Assembly (NCBI GenBank): GCA_023431185.1
Contig: JAEYXS010000065.1
Location: 77,386-141,385 of the forward strand
Length of the DNA stretch: 64,000 bases
Source of the DNA: Verrucomicrobiota bacterium
Lineage (GTDB): Bacteria; Verrucomicrobiota; Verrucomicrobiia; Limisphaerales; JAEYXS01
Direction: 5' to 3'
In this document: positions 19,017 to 29,040 of the stretch, piece after piece
Layout of the letters: each line of letters starts with the position of its first letter
How positions within the stretch are numbered: position 1 is the first letter of the stretch
Position numbers and translations under genes: made by a program
Notes under the pieces: generated by a model
The model's database searches: none
What the model saw: only the letters and a program-made list of their open reading frames with translations
What the model was told of the DNA's origin: nothing

Positions 19017-19481
19017 CGAAGGCTAGCGGTGACGGGAAAATCGATGGCACGATGGCGGCAGGAAAGAGAAGGCGGATCGAGGCGGTCCGGGCGGGAATGA
19101 TGAATTTTATGTGAACGGATTGGAACGTAGTGGAACACAAGGTTAGCGGTCAGACCGAAAAACAGGCATGGTGAAGGCGTGATAGATGAATTTTGTGTGG
19201 ATGCAGTGGGATGTAGTGAGATGCATGGTTAGCGGTGGCCGGGATAAAGGGACAGGATGAGGGGCATGAAAACGAAATTTTGTGCAGTTGTACGTGTTAT
19301 AGCGAGCGTAGTGATACCGGAGGGCTGGAAGCTGTGATTGGATGGGGGCGTGATGAAAGGAACATTTTGTGACGATACAGCCGATGTAGCCGATGGAAGG
19401 TTAACGGAGGCGAGGATTTGGTGGCAGGATGAGGGCGTATGAGAAACGGAAGTGGATGGAAGATGGTGGATTGTAGATGGG
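19017..19481. repeat. degenerate tandem array, about five units of ~80-120 bp
   Basis: Recurrent landmarks are GGTTAGCGGT / GGCTAGCGGT / GGTTAACGG at 19020, 19141, 19227 and 19399, and GATGAA(TT)TTGTG at 19098, 19185, ~19275 and ~19351. The units are unequal in length and diverged. Confidence 0.6.
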
Positions 19482-19619
19482 GGGGAAGAGAAAGCCCTTC
19501 CAAACATGATGTCGATGACGACGACGAGGACGAGAACGAATGGATACGGCAGGATTTTACAATGAGAGGGACCGTTTCATCCATTGCGATGAGGGCAAAC
19601 TAAAGGTATCTAAGTAACG

Positions 19620-22600
19620 ATGCACACGATGGGAAAAGGAATGACCGCGATCTGGGCTGCTTTTATCAGCCTGTGCGTGGGCTCTTGGGCGGTGCTGGGG
19701 GCAAGCCCGGCGGGGAAGGTGGACTTTGCGAAAGATGTCTTACCCATCTTGTCGGACAAGTGTTTCCATTGCCACGGGCCGGATGATGAGGGGCGAAAGG
19801 CGAAGCTGCGGTTGGATACGGAGGAGGGGGCATTTCGCGTCAACAAGGGCGTGGCGAACATCGTGAAGGGCAAGCCGGAGCAGAGCGAGATGATCGTGCG
19901 CATCCTGAGCAAGGATGAGGATGACGTGATGCCGCCGCCGTCGTCCCATCGCACACTGACGGAGGAGCAGAAGCAGACCTTGAAGCGGTGGGTGGAGCAG
20001 GGCGCGCCGTGGGGCAAGCATTGGGCCTACACGGAAATCGCGAAGGTCACGCCGCCCAAGGTGAAGAACACGCGGGCGGTGAAGAACCCGATTGACCAGT
20101 TCATCCTGGCGCGGCTAGAGCAGGAAAAGCTGAAGCCCTCGGGGGAGGCGACGAAGGAGCAATTACTGCGGCGGGTGACATTTGACCTGACGGGGTTGCC
20201 GCCGACGTTGGCGGAGATGGATGCGTTCCTGGCGGATAAATCGCCAAAGGCATACGAAAAGGTGATCGACCGCTTGCTGCAATCACCCGCATACGGCGAG
20301 CAGATGGCGCGGGAGTGGCTGGACCTGGCGCGGTATGCGGACACGTTCGGCTATCAGGCGGACGTGGACATGAACATGTATCCGTGGCGCGACTGGGTGA
20401 TCAAGGCGTTCAACGAGAATCTGCCCTACGACAAGTTCGTCACGTGGCAACTCGCGGGGGATCTGCTGCCGAAGCCGACGCGGGACCAGTATCTGGCCAC
20501 GGCGTTCAATCGTCTGCACCGCCAGACGAATGAGGGCGGAAGCATCGATGAGGAATTCCGCGTGGAATATGTGTCGGATCGCGTGCACACGATGGGCACG
20601 GCGTTCCTGAGCCTGACGCTGGAGTGTGCCCGGTGCCACGATCACAAATATGATCCGATCAGCCAGAAGGATTATTATTCGCTCAGCGCGTTCTTCGATA
20701 ATATCGATGAATCGGGGCTGTATTCGCATTTCACGAAGGCGACACCGACACCGGCATTGAGCCTGTATAAGGATGATCAGGAATCGAAGCACTTGTTGCT
20801 CAAGACGCAGATCGCTGAGGCGGGGGCGAAATTGAAGCGGGTGGAAAAAGAGGCGCAGGGACGGTTTCAGCAATGGAAGAATCCGGGTGCGGCGATGCCG
20901 GAGGTGAAGCCCGTGGCACGGTTCTCTCTGGATGAAGTGAAGGATAACAAGACGCCGAATGCGTTGGGAACGAATGTGGCGGTGCTGATGGATGCACCGA
21001 AAGTGGTGGCGGGCAAGGCGGGGCAGGCGTTGCAGTTCAGCGGGGACAATGAGCTGGAATGCAAGGGCGTGGGCGAATTCAAGCGCACGGATGCGTTCTC
21101 CTTCGCGCTTTGGGTGAAGCCGACGGAGAAGTTGCCGCGGGCGGTGGTGTTCCATCGTTCCCGGGCGTGGAGCGATTCGGGAAGTCGTGGATATGAGCTG
21201 GTGCTGGAGGATGGCAAGCCGTTCTTCGGACTGATCCATTTCTGGCCGGGCAATGCGATCGGCGTGCGGGCAAAGGAAGCGTTGCCGTTGAATGAGTGGT
21301 CCCATATCACGGTGACATATGATGGATCCAGCAAGGCGGCTGGCGTGGCGCTGTATGTTAATGGCAAGAGACAGGCGATGGATACTGTGCGGGATGGTTT
21401 GACGCGAGATATCATCCACCGTGCTGAGTGGGGTGATGCGGAAGCCGGAAACATCCCGCTGACTTTGGCGGGGCGGTTCCGTGACAATGGGTTCAAGAAC
21501 GGAATGATCGACGAGTTCACGGTGTATGACGTCGCACTGACGGGGTTGGAGGTGGAGAATCTGGTGGCGGTGGCTGGCCAAGCCAAAGTGGAATCGGATG
21601 AGCGATTGTTCGTATACTATCTGAACCGTCACGATGAGTTGTATAGGAAAGCGCAAGAGGAGCTGAAACAGTTGCGTGTGGCGGAAAACACGCTGGTTTA
21701 TGGCGTGCAAGAGATCATGGTGATGAAGGAACTGCCGAAGCAGCGCCCGACGTATCTGCTGAAACGCGGCGCGTATGATGCGCCAGCAGATGAAGTGTTT
21801 CCCGGGACGCCAGAGCGCATTTTTGCGATGCCGAAAGAGTATCCGAAGAATCGTTTGGGTTTGGCGCAGTGGATGACTGATGCGCGGAATCCGCTCACGG
21901 CGCGCGTGGCGGTGAACCGCATCTGGAAACTACACTTTGGACGCGGTCTGGTATCTACGGTGGAGGACTTCGGCGCGCAGAGCCAACGGCCGACACATCC
22001 AGAGTTATTGGATTGGCTGGCACGGCATTACATGGAGTCGGGTTGGAATCGGAAGGCGTTGCACAAGCTCATCCTCATGTCGGCGACTTATCGACAATCC
22101 TCGGTGCCGACGAAGGAGCAGATGGCGAAAGACCCGGAGAATCTGTTACTGGCACGCGGTGCGCGGCATCGCCTGGCAGCGGAGCAGATAAGGGATGCGG
22201 CACTGGCGGTGAGTGGGTTGTTGAATCCAACCATCGGCGGGCAAAGCGTGAAGCCGTATCAACCGGCGGGGCTGTGGGAAGAAGCGGGCACGGGCAAGAC
22301 GTATGTGCAGGACAAAGGCGAGAAGCTGTATCGGCGCAGCCTCTACACGTTCTGGCGTCGCACCTCGCCGCCACCATCCATGGTAAGCTTTGATGCGACC
22401 TCGCGCGAGATCTGCACAGCGAAGCGGGAGACGACCTCGACGCCGTTGCAGGCGTTGGTGCTGCTGAACGATCCGCAGTTTGTAGAGGCGTCACGGGTGC
22501 TGGCGGAGAAATTGGTGAAGGCGGAGCCGCAAGCGGTGGATAAACGAGTGGTCAACAGCTTCCGTTTGTTGGCGGGACGTGTGCCGGACAAGGAAGAGGT

Positions 22601-22787
22601 GAAGATTCTTGAGGGATTGTTCACGGAGCAGAAAGAGCGTTTTGCGAAAAATAAAGAAGCGGCGCAGAAGCTCTTGAAGACAGGCGAAGCGAAGGCAGGC
22701 ACGACGTTGGATGCTGCCGATGTGGCGGCGACGACGATGCTGGTGAGCACGTTGATGAACTTTGACGAATTTGTGATGAAGCGATGA
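19620..22787 (+). CDS. PSCyt1 + DUF1549 (PSCyt2) + LamG-like + DUF1553 (PSD1) multidomain secreted protein
   Basis: 1055 aa. N-terminal CFHCHGPD heme-c-like motif, DUF1549-type [14 protein letters not shown] and [18 protein letters not shown], a central concanavalin/LamG-like segment, and a C-terminal DUF1553-like region. Start could be one of three early Met codons. Confidence 0.8.
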   Translation: MHTMGKGMTAIWAAFISLCVGSWAVLGASPAGKVDFAKDVLPILSDKCFHCHGPDDEGRKAKLRLDTEEGAFRVNKGVANIVKGKPEQSEMIVRILSKDEDDVMPPPSSHRTLTEEQKQTLKRWVEQGAPWGKHWAYTEIAKVTPPKVKNTRAVKNPIDQFILARLEQEKLKPSGEATKEQLLRRVTFDLTGLPPTLAEMDAFLADKSPKAYEKVIDRLLQSPAYGEQMAREWLDLARYADTFGYQADVDMNMYPWRDWVIKAFNENLPYDKFVTWQLAGDLLPKPTRDQYLATAFNRLHRQTNEGGSIDEEFRVEYVSDRVHTMGTAFLSLTLECARCHDHKYDPISQKDYYSLSAFFDNIDESGLYSHFTKATPTPALSLYKDDQESKHLLLKTQIAEAGAKLKRVEKEAQGRFQQWKNPGAAMPEVKPVARFSLDEVKDNKTPNALGTNVAVLMDAPKVVAGKAGQALQFSGDNELECKGVGEFKRTDAFSFALWVKPTEKLPRAVVFHRSRAWSDSGSRGYELVLEDGKPFFGLIHFWPGNAIGVRAKEALPLNEWSHITVTYDGSSKAAGVALYVNGKRQAMDTVRDGLTRDIIHRAEWGDAEAGNIPLTLAGRFRDNGFKNGMIDEFTVYDVALTGLEVENLVAVAGQAKVESDERLFVYYLNRHDELYRKAQEELKQLRVAENTLVYGVQEIMVMKELPKQRPTYLLKRGAYDAPADEVFPGTPERIFAMPKEYPKNRLGLAQWMTDARNPLTARVAVNRIWKLHFGRGLVSTVEDFGAQSQRPTHPELLDWLARHYMESGWNRKALHKLILMSATYRQSSVPTKEQMAKDPENLLLARGARHRLAAEQIRDAALAVSGLLNPTIGGQSVKPYQPAGLWEEAGTGKTYVQDKGEKLYRRSLYTFWRRTSPPPSMVSFDATSREICTAKRETTSTPLQALVLLNDPQFVEASRVLAEKLVKAEPQAVDKRVVNSFRLLAGRVPDKEEVKILEGLFTEQKERFAKNKEAAQKLLKTGEAKAGTTLDAADVAATTMLVSTLMNFDEFVMKR

Positions 22788-24259
22788 ATACGAACCATCA
22801 ACCACTTTGCACGGGATCGTTGGATGCGCTGGGCTTGAGCCGGCGCCAGTTCTTGAACCGTTTCGGTCTTGGGCTGGGCGGAATCGCGCTCGCGAACTTG
22901 GTCAATCCGGTGAGTTCATTTGGTGCGGCGACACAAGCGGCGGACAAGGGCATCTTGAACGGGCAGACGCATTTTCCGGCGAAGGCGAAGCGGGTGATCT
23001 ACCTCTTCATGAGCGGCGGTCCGTCGCAGTTGGAAACGTTCGATTACAAGCCGTTGCTCAATGAAAGGAATGGCGAGCAGTTGCCGGACTCGGTGCGCAA
23101 GGGGCAACGGCTGACAGGCATGTCGGGTAATCAGGCGTCGCTGCCGCTGGCAGGGTCCATCTACAAGTTCGGTCAGCATGGAAAGAACGGTGCGTGGGTG
23201 AGTGAGTTGCTGCCGCATACGGCGAAGGTGGTGGATGACATTTGCATCGTGCGCTCGATGTTCACGGAGGCGATCAATCACGATCCAGCGATCACGTTTT
23301 TGCAGACGGGTTCGCAGCTTTCCGGCAGGCCGAGCATCGGCGCGTGGCTGCATTATGGCTTGGGCAGTGATAATGAGAATTTGCCGTCGTTCGTGGTGCT
23401 GATCACGAAGGGCAAAACGGATCAGCCACTTTACTCGCGCTTGTGGGGCAGCGGGTTTCTGCCGTCGCGGCATCAAGGCGTGCAGTTCCGCTCGGGCAAA
23501 GATCCGGTGCTATATCTGAACAACCCGGAAGGCATCGATGGCGAGGGGCGTCGCATGATGCTGGATCGCTTGCGTGAACTGCACGAGCACAGTGCGGCGA
23601 AGGTGCAAGATGCGGAGATCGATACACGTATCGCGCAGTACGAGATGGCGTATCGTATGCAGACGAGCGTGCCGGATGTGATGGATCTCTCGAAGGAGTC
23701 GCAAGCAACACTGGATATGTATGGGCCGGATGCGAAGAAGCCCGGAACCTTTGCGGCGAATTGCCTGCAGGCGCGGCGTTTGGCCGAGCGCGGGGTGAAG
23801 TTCATCCAACTCTATCACCAAGGTTGGGATCAGCACGGCGGTTTGCCGGGTGGCATCAAACGGCAATGCCAGGAGACGGATCAACCGGCGGCAGCGTTGC
23901 TCCAGGATTTGAAGCAGCGCGGGATGCTCGATGATACGCTGGTGGTGTGGGGTGGTGAGTTCGGGCGCACGAATTATTCGCAGGGCAAGTTGACGCCGAC
24001 GAATTACGGGCGTGATCATCATCCGCGCTGTTTCAGCATCTGGATGGCGGGCGGCGGTATTAAGCCGGGTGTGGTGTATGGCGAGACGGACGAATTTGGC
24101 TACAATGTGACGAGCAAGGGCGTGCACGTGCATGATTTCCACGCGACGATGCTGCATCTACTGGGCATCGATCACGAGCGGTTGACGTTCAAGTATCAAG
24201 GGCGTTACTTCCGGCTCACGGATGTGCACGGGCATGTGGTGAAGGATATTTTGATGTGA
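22784..24259 (+). CDS. DUF1501 (sulfatase-fold) protein with TAT-like leader
   Basis: 491 aa. [16 protein letters not shown] leader, then [24 protein letters not shown] and FRLTDVHG motifs typical of DUF1501. ATGA overlap with the upstream gene. Confidence 0.85.
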   Translation: MNTNHQPLCTGSLDALGLSRRQFLNRFGLGLGGIALANLVNPVSSFGAATQAADKGILNGQTHFPAKAKRVIYLFMSGGPSQLETFDYKPLLNERNGEQLPDSVRKGQRLTGMSGNQASLPLAGSIYKFGQHGKNGAWVSELLPHTAKVVDDICIVRSMFTEAINHDPAITFLQTGSQLSGRPSIGAWLHYGLGSDNENLPSFVVLITKGKTDQPLYSRLWGSGFLPSRHQGVQFRSGKDPVLYLNNPEGIDGEGRRMMLDRLRELHEHSAAKVQDAEIDTRIAQYEMAYRMQTSVPDVMDLSKESQATLDMYGPDAKKPGTFAANCLQARRLAERGVKFIQLYHQGWDQHGGLPGGIKRQCQETDQPAAALLQDLKQRGMLDDTLVVWGGEFGRTNYSQGKLTPTNYGRDHHPRCFSIWMAGGGIKPGVVYGETDEFGYNVTSKGVHVHDFHATMLHLLGIDHERLTFKYQGRYFRLTDVHGHVVKDILM

Positions 24260-24320
24260 GTTAGGAGAGTTTTTATCGAGGTGGCGTTCCGGGGCGAATG
24301 CTGCTTAGGTAGGAGGCGAT

Positions 24321-25109
24321 ATGGGTTCGCGTTTAAAGAATAGAGTCATCGTCATCATCGGCGGCACGAGTGGCATCGGGCTGGCGGCTGCTGAGGCGAT
24401 TGTAGCTGAGGGAGCGAAGGTGGTGTCGGTGGGATTGGACCGGGTGACGTCGCTAAAGGCACAGAAGCTTTTGGGCAAAGCGGCGAAGGTCCTCACGGCG
24501 GATGCTTCGCGACCGGATACGGCAGGGAAGGCAATCAAAACTGCACTTAAAAATTTCAAAGGATTTCACGGGCTCTATCACGTGGCGGGTGGCAGTGGCC
24601 GGAAGATGGGCGATGGGCCCTTGCACGAATGCACGGATACGGGCTGGTCTTATACGCTGGGGGTGAATCTGGATTCCCTGTTCTACTCGAATCGCGCGGC
24701 GGTGCAGCAGCTTCTCAAGCAAGGGTCGGGCGGTGTAGTGCTGAATCTCGCCTCGGTGCTGGCGTGGTCGCCGTCACCGAAATTCTTCAGCACGCATGCG
24801 TATGCTACGGCGAAGGCGGGAATTGTCGGGCTGACGCGAGCTTCGGCGGCTTATTACGCGACGCAGAACATCCGCTTCAACGTGCTTGCACCGGGATTGG
24901 TGGCGACGCCGATGTCCGAACGCGCGCAGACGAATGAGGCGATCATGAAGTTCATTCGGACAAAGCAGCCTTTGGATGGCGGACGTATCGGGCAGCCAGA
25001 AGACTTGAGTGCGGCGGCGGTTTTCTTGCTGTCGGACGAGGCGAAGTTCATCACCGGCCAGGTGCTGGCGGTGGATGGCGGCTGGGAAGTGACGGAAGGA
25101 GGCGCATAA
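24321..25109 (+). CDS. short-chain dehydrogenase/reductase
   Basis: GGTSGIGLA Rossmann motif, Y-x-x-x-K (YATAKAG) and a C-terminal ITGQVLAVDGG. Confidence 0.85.
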   Translation: MGSRLKNRVIVIIGGTSGIGLAAAEAIVAEGAKVVSVGLDRVTSLKAQKLLGKAAKVLTADASRPDTAGKAIKTALKNFKGFHGLYHVAGGSGRKMGDGPLHECTDTGWSYTLGVNLDSLFYSNRAAVQQLLKQGSGGVVLNLASVLAWSPSPKFFSTHAYATAKAGIVGLTRASAAYYATQNIRFNVLAPGLVATPMSERAQTNEAIMKFIRTKQPLDGGRIGQPEDLSAAAVFLLSDEAKFITGQVLAVDGGWEVTEGGA

Positions 25110-25155
25110 TTTCGCGGTTGTAGTCCGGCGGAATGGCGGCAGATTGGAGGTGTTG

Positions 25156-26118
25156 ATGAAAATTGAACCTTACGCGTTAGGTATCGATCTGGGCGGTTCG
25201 AGCGTGAAGGCTGTCGTGGTGACGGCCCGGGGAGAAGTGCTGGTCAAGCGGCAGGAAGATTTTGATGCTAGTGCAAGCATGGACTGGGCGAAACGCATCT
25301 CGGGGATCGTGCGGGGATTTACGGCAGAGCAGGGTAAGGATCCGATTGCCATTGGGCTTTCTGCACCAGGACTAGCCGCGGCGGATGGGAAATCCATCGC
25401 GAATATGCCGGGGCGTCTGGCGGGATTGGTCGGGCTGGACTGGACAAAACATTTGCAGATGGAGAAGACCGTGCCGGTGCTGAATGACGGGCATGCGGCC
25501 TTGCTCGGTGAAGTGTGGATGGGCGCGGGCAAAGGCTGCCAGAATGTCATCATGCTGACACTAGGCACAGGCGTGGGCGGAGCGGCGATCGTGGATGGGC
25601 AACTTTTGCGCGGGCGCCTAGGGCGGGCAGGGCATTTGGGGCATACGAGTCTGGATCCCGATGGAGTAACGGATATCTGCGGCACGCCGGGCAGCTTGGA
25701 AGTGGCCATCGGGAATTGCACCATCAGCGAACGCTCAGGCGGACGGTTTGCCACTACGCACGATCTTATCGCGGCGTATAAATCCGACGATGCGAAGGCG
25801 AAAGAGATTTGGTTGAAATCGGTGAAAGCACTCGCAGCGGGTGTGTGTTCCTTTATCAACATCCTGGACCCGGAGGTGGTCATCATCGGCGGGGGTATCG
25901 CCCGGGCGGGAGAAGCTTTGTTCAAGCCGTTGGAAGAATTTCTGGAATCGATGGAATGGCAACCCACAGGCACTCGCGCGAAGATTGTGCCGGCACAGGT
26001 GGGTGAGTATGCAGGGGCGTTGGGAGCGGCGTATCATGCGCTGTGTTTCAATAATAAGCCGCAACGTCAGGGCAAGTGGCGCATCGACCTCGTGCCGTAC
26101 GTGCACAAGGCGGGATAA
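25156..26118 (+). CDS. ROK-family sugar kinase (glucokinase-like)
   Basis: GIDLGGSSVK phosphate-1 motif, LNDGHAA, GTGVGGA and a GHLGH...C region. ATG at 25156 is preferred over TTG at 25144. Confidence 0.75.
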   Translation: MKIEPYALGIDLGGSSVKAVVVTARGEVLVKRQEDFDASASMDWAKRISGIVRGFTAEQGKDPIAIGLSAPGLAAADGKSIANMPGRLAGLVGLDWTKHLQMEKTVPVLNDGHAALLGEVWMGAGKGCQNVIMLTLGTGVGGAAIVDGQLLRGRLGRAGHLGHTSLDPDGVTDICGTPGSLEVAIGNCTISERSGGRFATTHDLIAAYKSDDAKAKEIWLKSVKALAAGVCSFINILDPEVVIIGGGIARAGEALFKPLEEFLESMEWQPTGTRAKIVPAQVGEYAGALGAAYHALCFNNKPQRQGKWRIDLVPYVHKAG

Positions 26119-26120
26119 AC

Positions 26121-26546
26121 GTGCGCAACTGGATTTTAATTCTGGAGGACAATCAGGAACGCAGGGATGGTTTCATCGAAGTTCTCAAGGAGTTGGCTCA
26201 CGGATCCGAAATCATTTTCTGGAATAATGCACGAGTAATGATCAGGGAGTTGCCCGCTCACCTCGGAAATGCCCGGTTGATCTCACTGGATCATGATCTC
26301 AATGAAGTGCCTGCTTCAGAGGATGCGGCTGACGGATTGCTGGTAGCTGAGTTTCTTGCCAGACAAACACCTGTTTGCCCCTTGGTTGTGCATTCATCCA
26401 ACTACGAACGCTCTCTGTCCATGGTGAATGAGCTTAACTATTCCGGCTGGCAAGTGGAACGCGTGGGACCAGTCTGCGCAGACTGGATCACCAGTCTCTG
26501 GAGGCCGGTCATCGCCCAATTACTGATCAGGAGCAAAGGAGCTTAA
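26121..26546 (+). CDS. stand-alone receiver-like domain, cyclic-phosphate-processing receiver (cREC) type
   Basis: GTG start 2 nt after the ROK stop. WILILEDNQER...ISLDHDL...PLVVHSSN pattern: a receiver fold with a DHDL signature and no output domain. Confidence 0.5.
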   Translation: MRNWILILEDNQERRDGFIEVLKELAHGSEIIFWNNARVMIRELPAHLGNARLISLDHDLNEVPASEDAADGLLVAEFLARQTPVCPLVVHSSNYERSLSMVNELNYSGWQVERVGPVCADWITSLWRPVIAQLLIRSKGA

Positions 26547-27817
26547 GGCAGCTCTTTCAGCCGTATCCGCCGGTATTCCATGATGCCGCGGTCGCCCTCC
26601 AGGCCGATGGGGCCGGTCGCCGGCACCTTCATCGCGGCGTTTAGCACCTCGCCATTGCTGGTGCAGTGGGCAACGCCATTGGTCACCGTGACCACCACCT
26701 CATTCCAGTCCTGCGCTTTGTAGTTCTTCAGGTCCTTGTAAGGGCCGGCGATAGGGTAGTCTCGGCATTGCAATTGTGGTTGGCGGATGAAGATACCGCT
26801 GTCCGCATTCACTCCGGCACGGAACTCGAGCTTGAGGATAAAATCCTTGGGGAACTGTTGCGTGGTCCAGATCTGTTGAATTTTCCGATAATCGGGCGGA
26901 TAGTTCACGATGAGCACTCCGTTCTTGGCCGTGTAACGTCCGTCGATGCTCGCAGCTTTGCCATCAAAGTTATTGGTTTTATAACCCCAGCCCGTGAGGT
27001 CTTTTCCGTTGAATAGACGCTTGAAACCTTCCTCTGGCTTGAACGTGTCGGTGGGAGATTCCAGCAATCCCAGCACAGAGAGGGCAGGGCGCAAAGCACT
27101 GGCCCACTTCGCATAACCCTCCTTGTTCGGGTGCAGAAGATCCGGGAACTCCTCTTTCTTCGCATCACCTTCGGCATTGGCGAAGAGCAGCCAGGTCTCC
27201 ACCAGCGTCACTTGCGGATTGCCCTTGATCGCCGCCTGATACAGCTCGTTGATCTTCTTGATCTTGTCCGCCGGACGTTTCTTCGTATCGGAACTCGGGA
27301 ACACCTGGTTCAAGATGACCGGCATCTTGGGATTGTGTTTTTGAAATTCGGCCAGCAGCAGCCTGAGATTCGCAGTGATCGTTTCGGGATCGGCTTGCTC
27401 TTCGAGATCGTTGGTGCCGATGAGCAGGACGATCGCCTTGGGTTTGAGCGAGAGCACATCCTCTTCCAGACGGATGAGCACGCCACGCGTCGTATCCCCG
27501 CTGATACCGCGGTTGGCGACTTTCATGCCTGGAAAACTGTTGCCCAGATTATCGCCCCAGCCTTGCGTGATAGAATCGCCCAGGAACACCACGGCGTTCT
27601 GATCCTGCTGCACACGTTGTGCCCACCCCGTGCGCTTTTGCACCCAGAGTTTCTTGAACCAATCGTATCGCCGGATCGGTCCAGCACCGGGCAGTCCATC
27701 ATCCTTCTCGGGAATCTGGTAATGAGCCGGGTCTTTCGTGGCTGCTGGCTGCGCGGGCAGGGTGGTGATCGAGCCAGCCAAAGCGAGAACGAGCGCGAGT
27801 GAACGCAAAGTTTTCAT
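26543..27817 (-). CDS. secreted SGNH/GDSL hydrolase fused to a DUF1080 (LamG-like) domain
   Basis: Signal peptide MKTLRSLALVLALAGS. GDSL block VVFLGDSITQGWG, GTND and DLLHPN blocks. C-terminal FNGKDLTGWGY...EYRRIRLKEL is typical of DUF1080. Confidence 0.75.
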   Translation of the reverse strand: MKTLRSLALVLALAGSITTLPAQPAATKDPAHYQIPEKDDGLPGAGPIRRYDWFKKLWVQKRTGWAQRVQQDQNAVVFLGDSITQGWGDNLGNSFPGMKVANRGISGDTTRGVLIRLEEDVLSLKPKAIVLLIGTNDLEEQADPETITANLRLLLAEFQKHNPKMPVILNQVFPSSDTKKRPADKIKKINELYQAAIKGNPQVTLVETWLLFANAEGDAKKEEFPDLLHPNKEGYAKWASALRPALSVLGLLESPTDTFKPEEGFKRLFNGKDLTGWGYKTNNFDGKAASIDGRYTAKNGVLIVNYPPDYRKIQQIWTTQQFPKDFILKLEFRAGVNADSGIFIRQPQLQCRDYPIAGPYKDLKNYKAQDWNEVVVTVTNGVAHCTSNGEVLNAAMKVPATGPIGLEGDRGIMEYRRIRLKELP

Positions 27818-27900
27818 GTGTATGCCCGGAATGGTTTGCTGATTTCGTCCTACGAGGCAATAACGATGTCACCACCATCGAGTTGAAGCCGTCGGACTGA

Positions 27901-29040
27901 TCAATCCAGCGTCTGCCTGTAACGCTTGATGCCGATCGTCATCACGATGACGAGGAATACGGCGATGGGCCAGATATGGGTATAGGCTTCGGTCAGCGTG
28001 TTGCCCTTCAGCAGGATTCCGCGGACCAGTCGCAGGAAGTGGGTCAGCGGCAGGGCGGAGCCGATATGCTGGGCCCACTCCGGCATGCCGCGAAACGGGA
28101 ACATAAAACCGGACAGCAGGATGGATGGCAGGAAGAAGAAAAAGGACATCTGCATGGCCTGGAGCTGGTTCTTCGCGATGGTCGAGAAGGTGATGCCGAC
28201 GGCCAGATTGGCCGCGATGAAGACGAGCATCAAAGCGAGGAGCAGGGGAATGCTGCCCAGCATGGGCACATTGAACAGGAACTTGGCGGCTACAAGTATG
28301 AGTCCAGTCTGGATATACCCGACCATGATGTAGGGGATGATTTTTCCGAACATCACTTCGGCTGGCCGGGCCGGGGTGGCGAGGAGATTTTCCATGGTGC
28401 CTCGTTCGCGCTCGCGGGTAATGGCGAGTGCCGTGATGACGATCATGGTCATGGTGAGCACCACGCCCATGAGTCCGGGAACGATGTTGTATTGCGTCTT
28501 GCCCTCTTGATTGTAGTGGCGGTGAATCTGCATCTCCACCGGGCCGGGTTTGTTGCGCAGCTTCTGCAAGGGGCCTTTCAAGTCACGGTCGAAAACGCCA
28601 GTTACCAGCGTGTTGATGGCCGCGATGGCATTGCCGGTGGCCGCAGGATCCGTGGCGTCCGCCTGCAAGAGCAGCTTGGGACGTTCGCCCCGCATGAGCT
28701 TGCGCGAAAAGTCTTCCGGGATGTGGATGACGAACTGCACATCGCCTTCATCCAGCAGGAACTGAACTTCGCGCTCGGATTCCGCCACCGTCACGAGATC
28801 GAAGTAACGGCTGTTCTTCAAGCTCCAGATGAACGTGCGTGTGAAAGGACTGTGATCCTGCGCTATGACCGCCGTGGGCAGATGCTTCGGATCGGAATTG
28901 ATGGCGAAACCGAAGAGCATGAGCTGGATCATTGGGATGCCCACCATCATGCCGAAGGTGAGCCGGTCACGGCGCATCTGGATGAATTCCTTCACCACCA
29001 CCGCCCACAGACGCTTGAATGAGAAACGAGTGCCGCTCAT
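27901..29040 (-). CDS. ABC-2 type transporter permease (YbhS/YbhR-like)
   Basis: 379 aa. N-terminal TM helix, large periplasmic loop, then 5 C-terminal TM helices. ATGA-type overlap with the upstream ATPase gene. Confidence 0.8.
   Translation of the reverse strand: MSGTRFSFKRLWAVVVKEFIQMRRDRLTFGMMVGIPMIQLMLFGFAINSDPKHLPTAVIAQDHSPFTRTFIWSLKNSRYFDLVTVAESEREVQFLLDEGDVQFVIHIPEDFSRKLMRGERPKLLLQADATDPAATGNAIAAINTLVTGVFDRDLKGPLQKLRNKPGPVEMQIHRHYNQEGKTQYNIVPGLMGVVLTMTMIVITALAITRERERGTMENLLATPARPAEVMFGKIIPYIMVGYIQTGLILVAAKFLFNVPMLGSIPLLLALMLVFIAANLAVGITFSTIAKNQLQAMQMSFFFFLPSILLSGFMFPFRGMPEWAQHIGSALPLTHFLRLVRGILLKGNTLTEAYTHIWPIAVFLVIVMTIGIKRYRQTLD

Noticed and set aside
19017-19481. Possible CRISPR array, suggested by regularly recurring short motifs in a gene-free gap.
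   Set aside because: The repeats are degenerate and of unequal length. There is no fixed repeat-spacer periodicity, no cas genes in the window and no leader-like structure. It is treated as a degenerate tandem array instead.
19229-19584. Minus-strand ORFs of 92 and 95 aa, Ser/Pro/Thr-rich with a poly-Ser run.
   Set aside because: They are read straight through the tandem repeats and the GACGACGACGAGGACGAG tract. They have no start context and no coding-like composition.
20283-21710. 475-aa antisense ORF inside the PSCyt/DUF1553 gene. Similar long shadow ORFs occur at 1404..2210, 11145..12359, 14824..15846, 27976..29022, 32489..33445, 40088..41191, 44517..45548, 59766..61148 and 61435..62322.
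   Set aside because: All lie antisense to genes with clear family motifs. They have Arg/His/Leu/Pro-rich compositions with no recognisable domains, and they are the expected stop-poor frames of GC-rich coding DNA.
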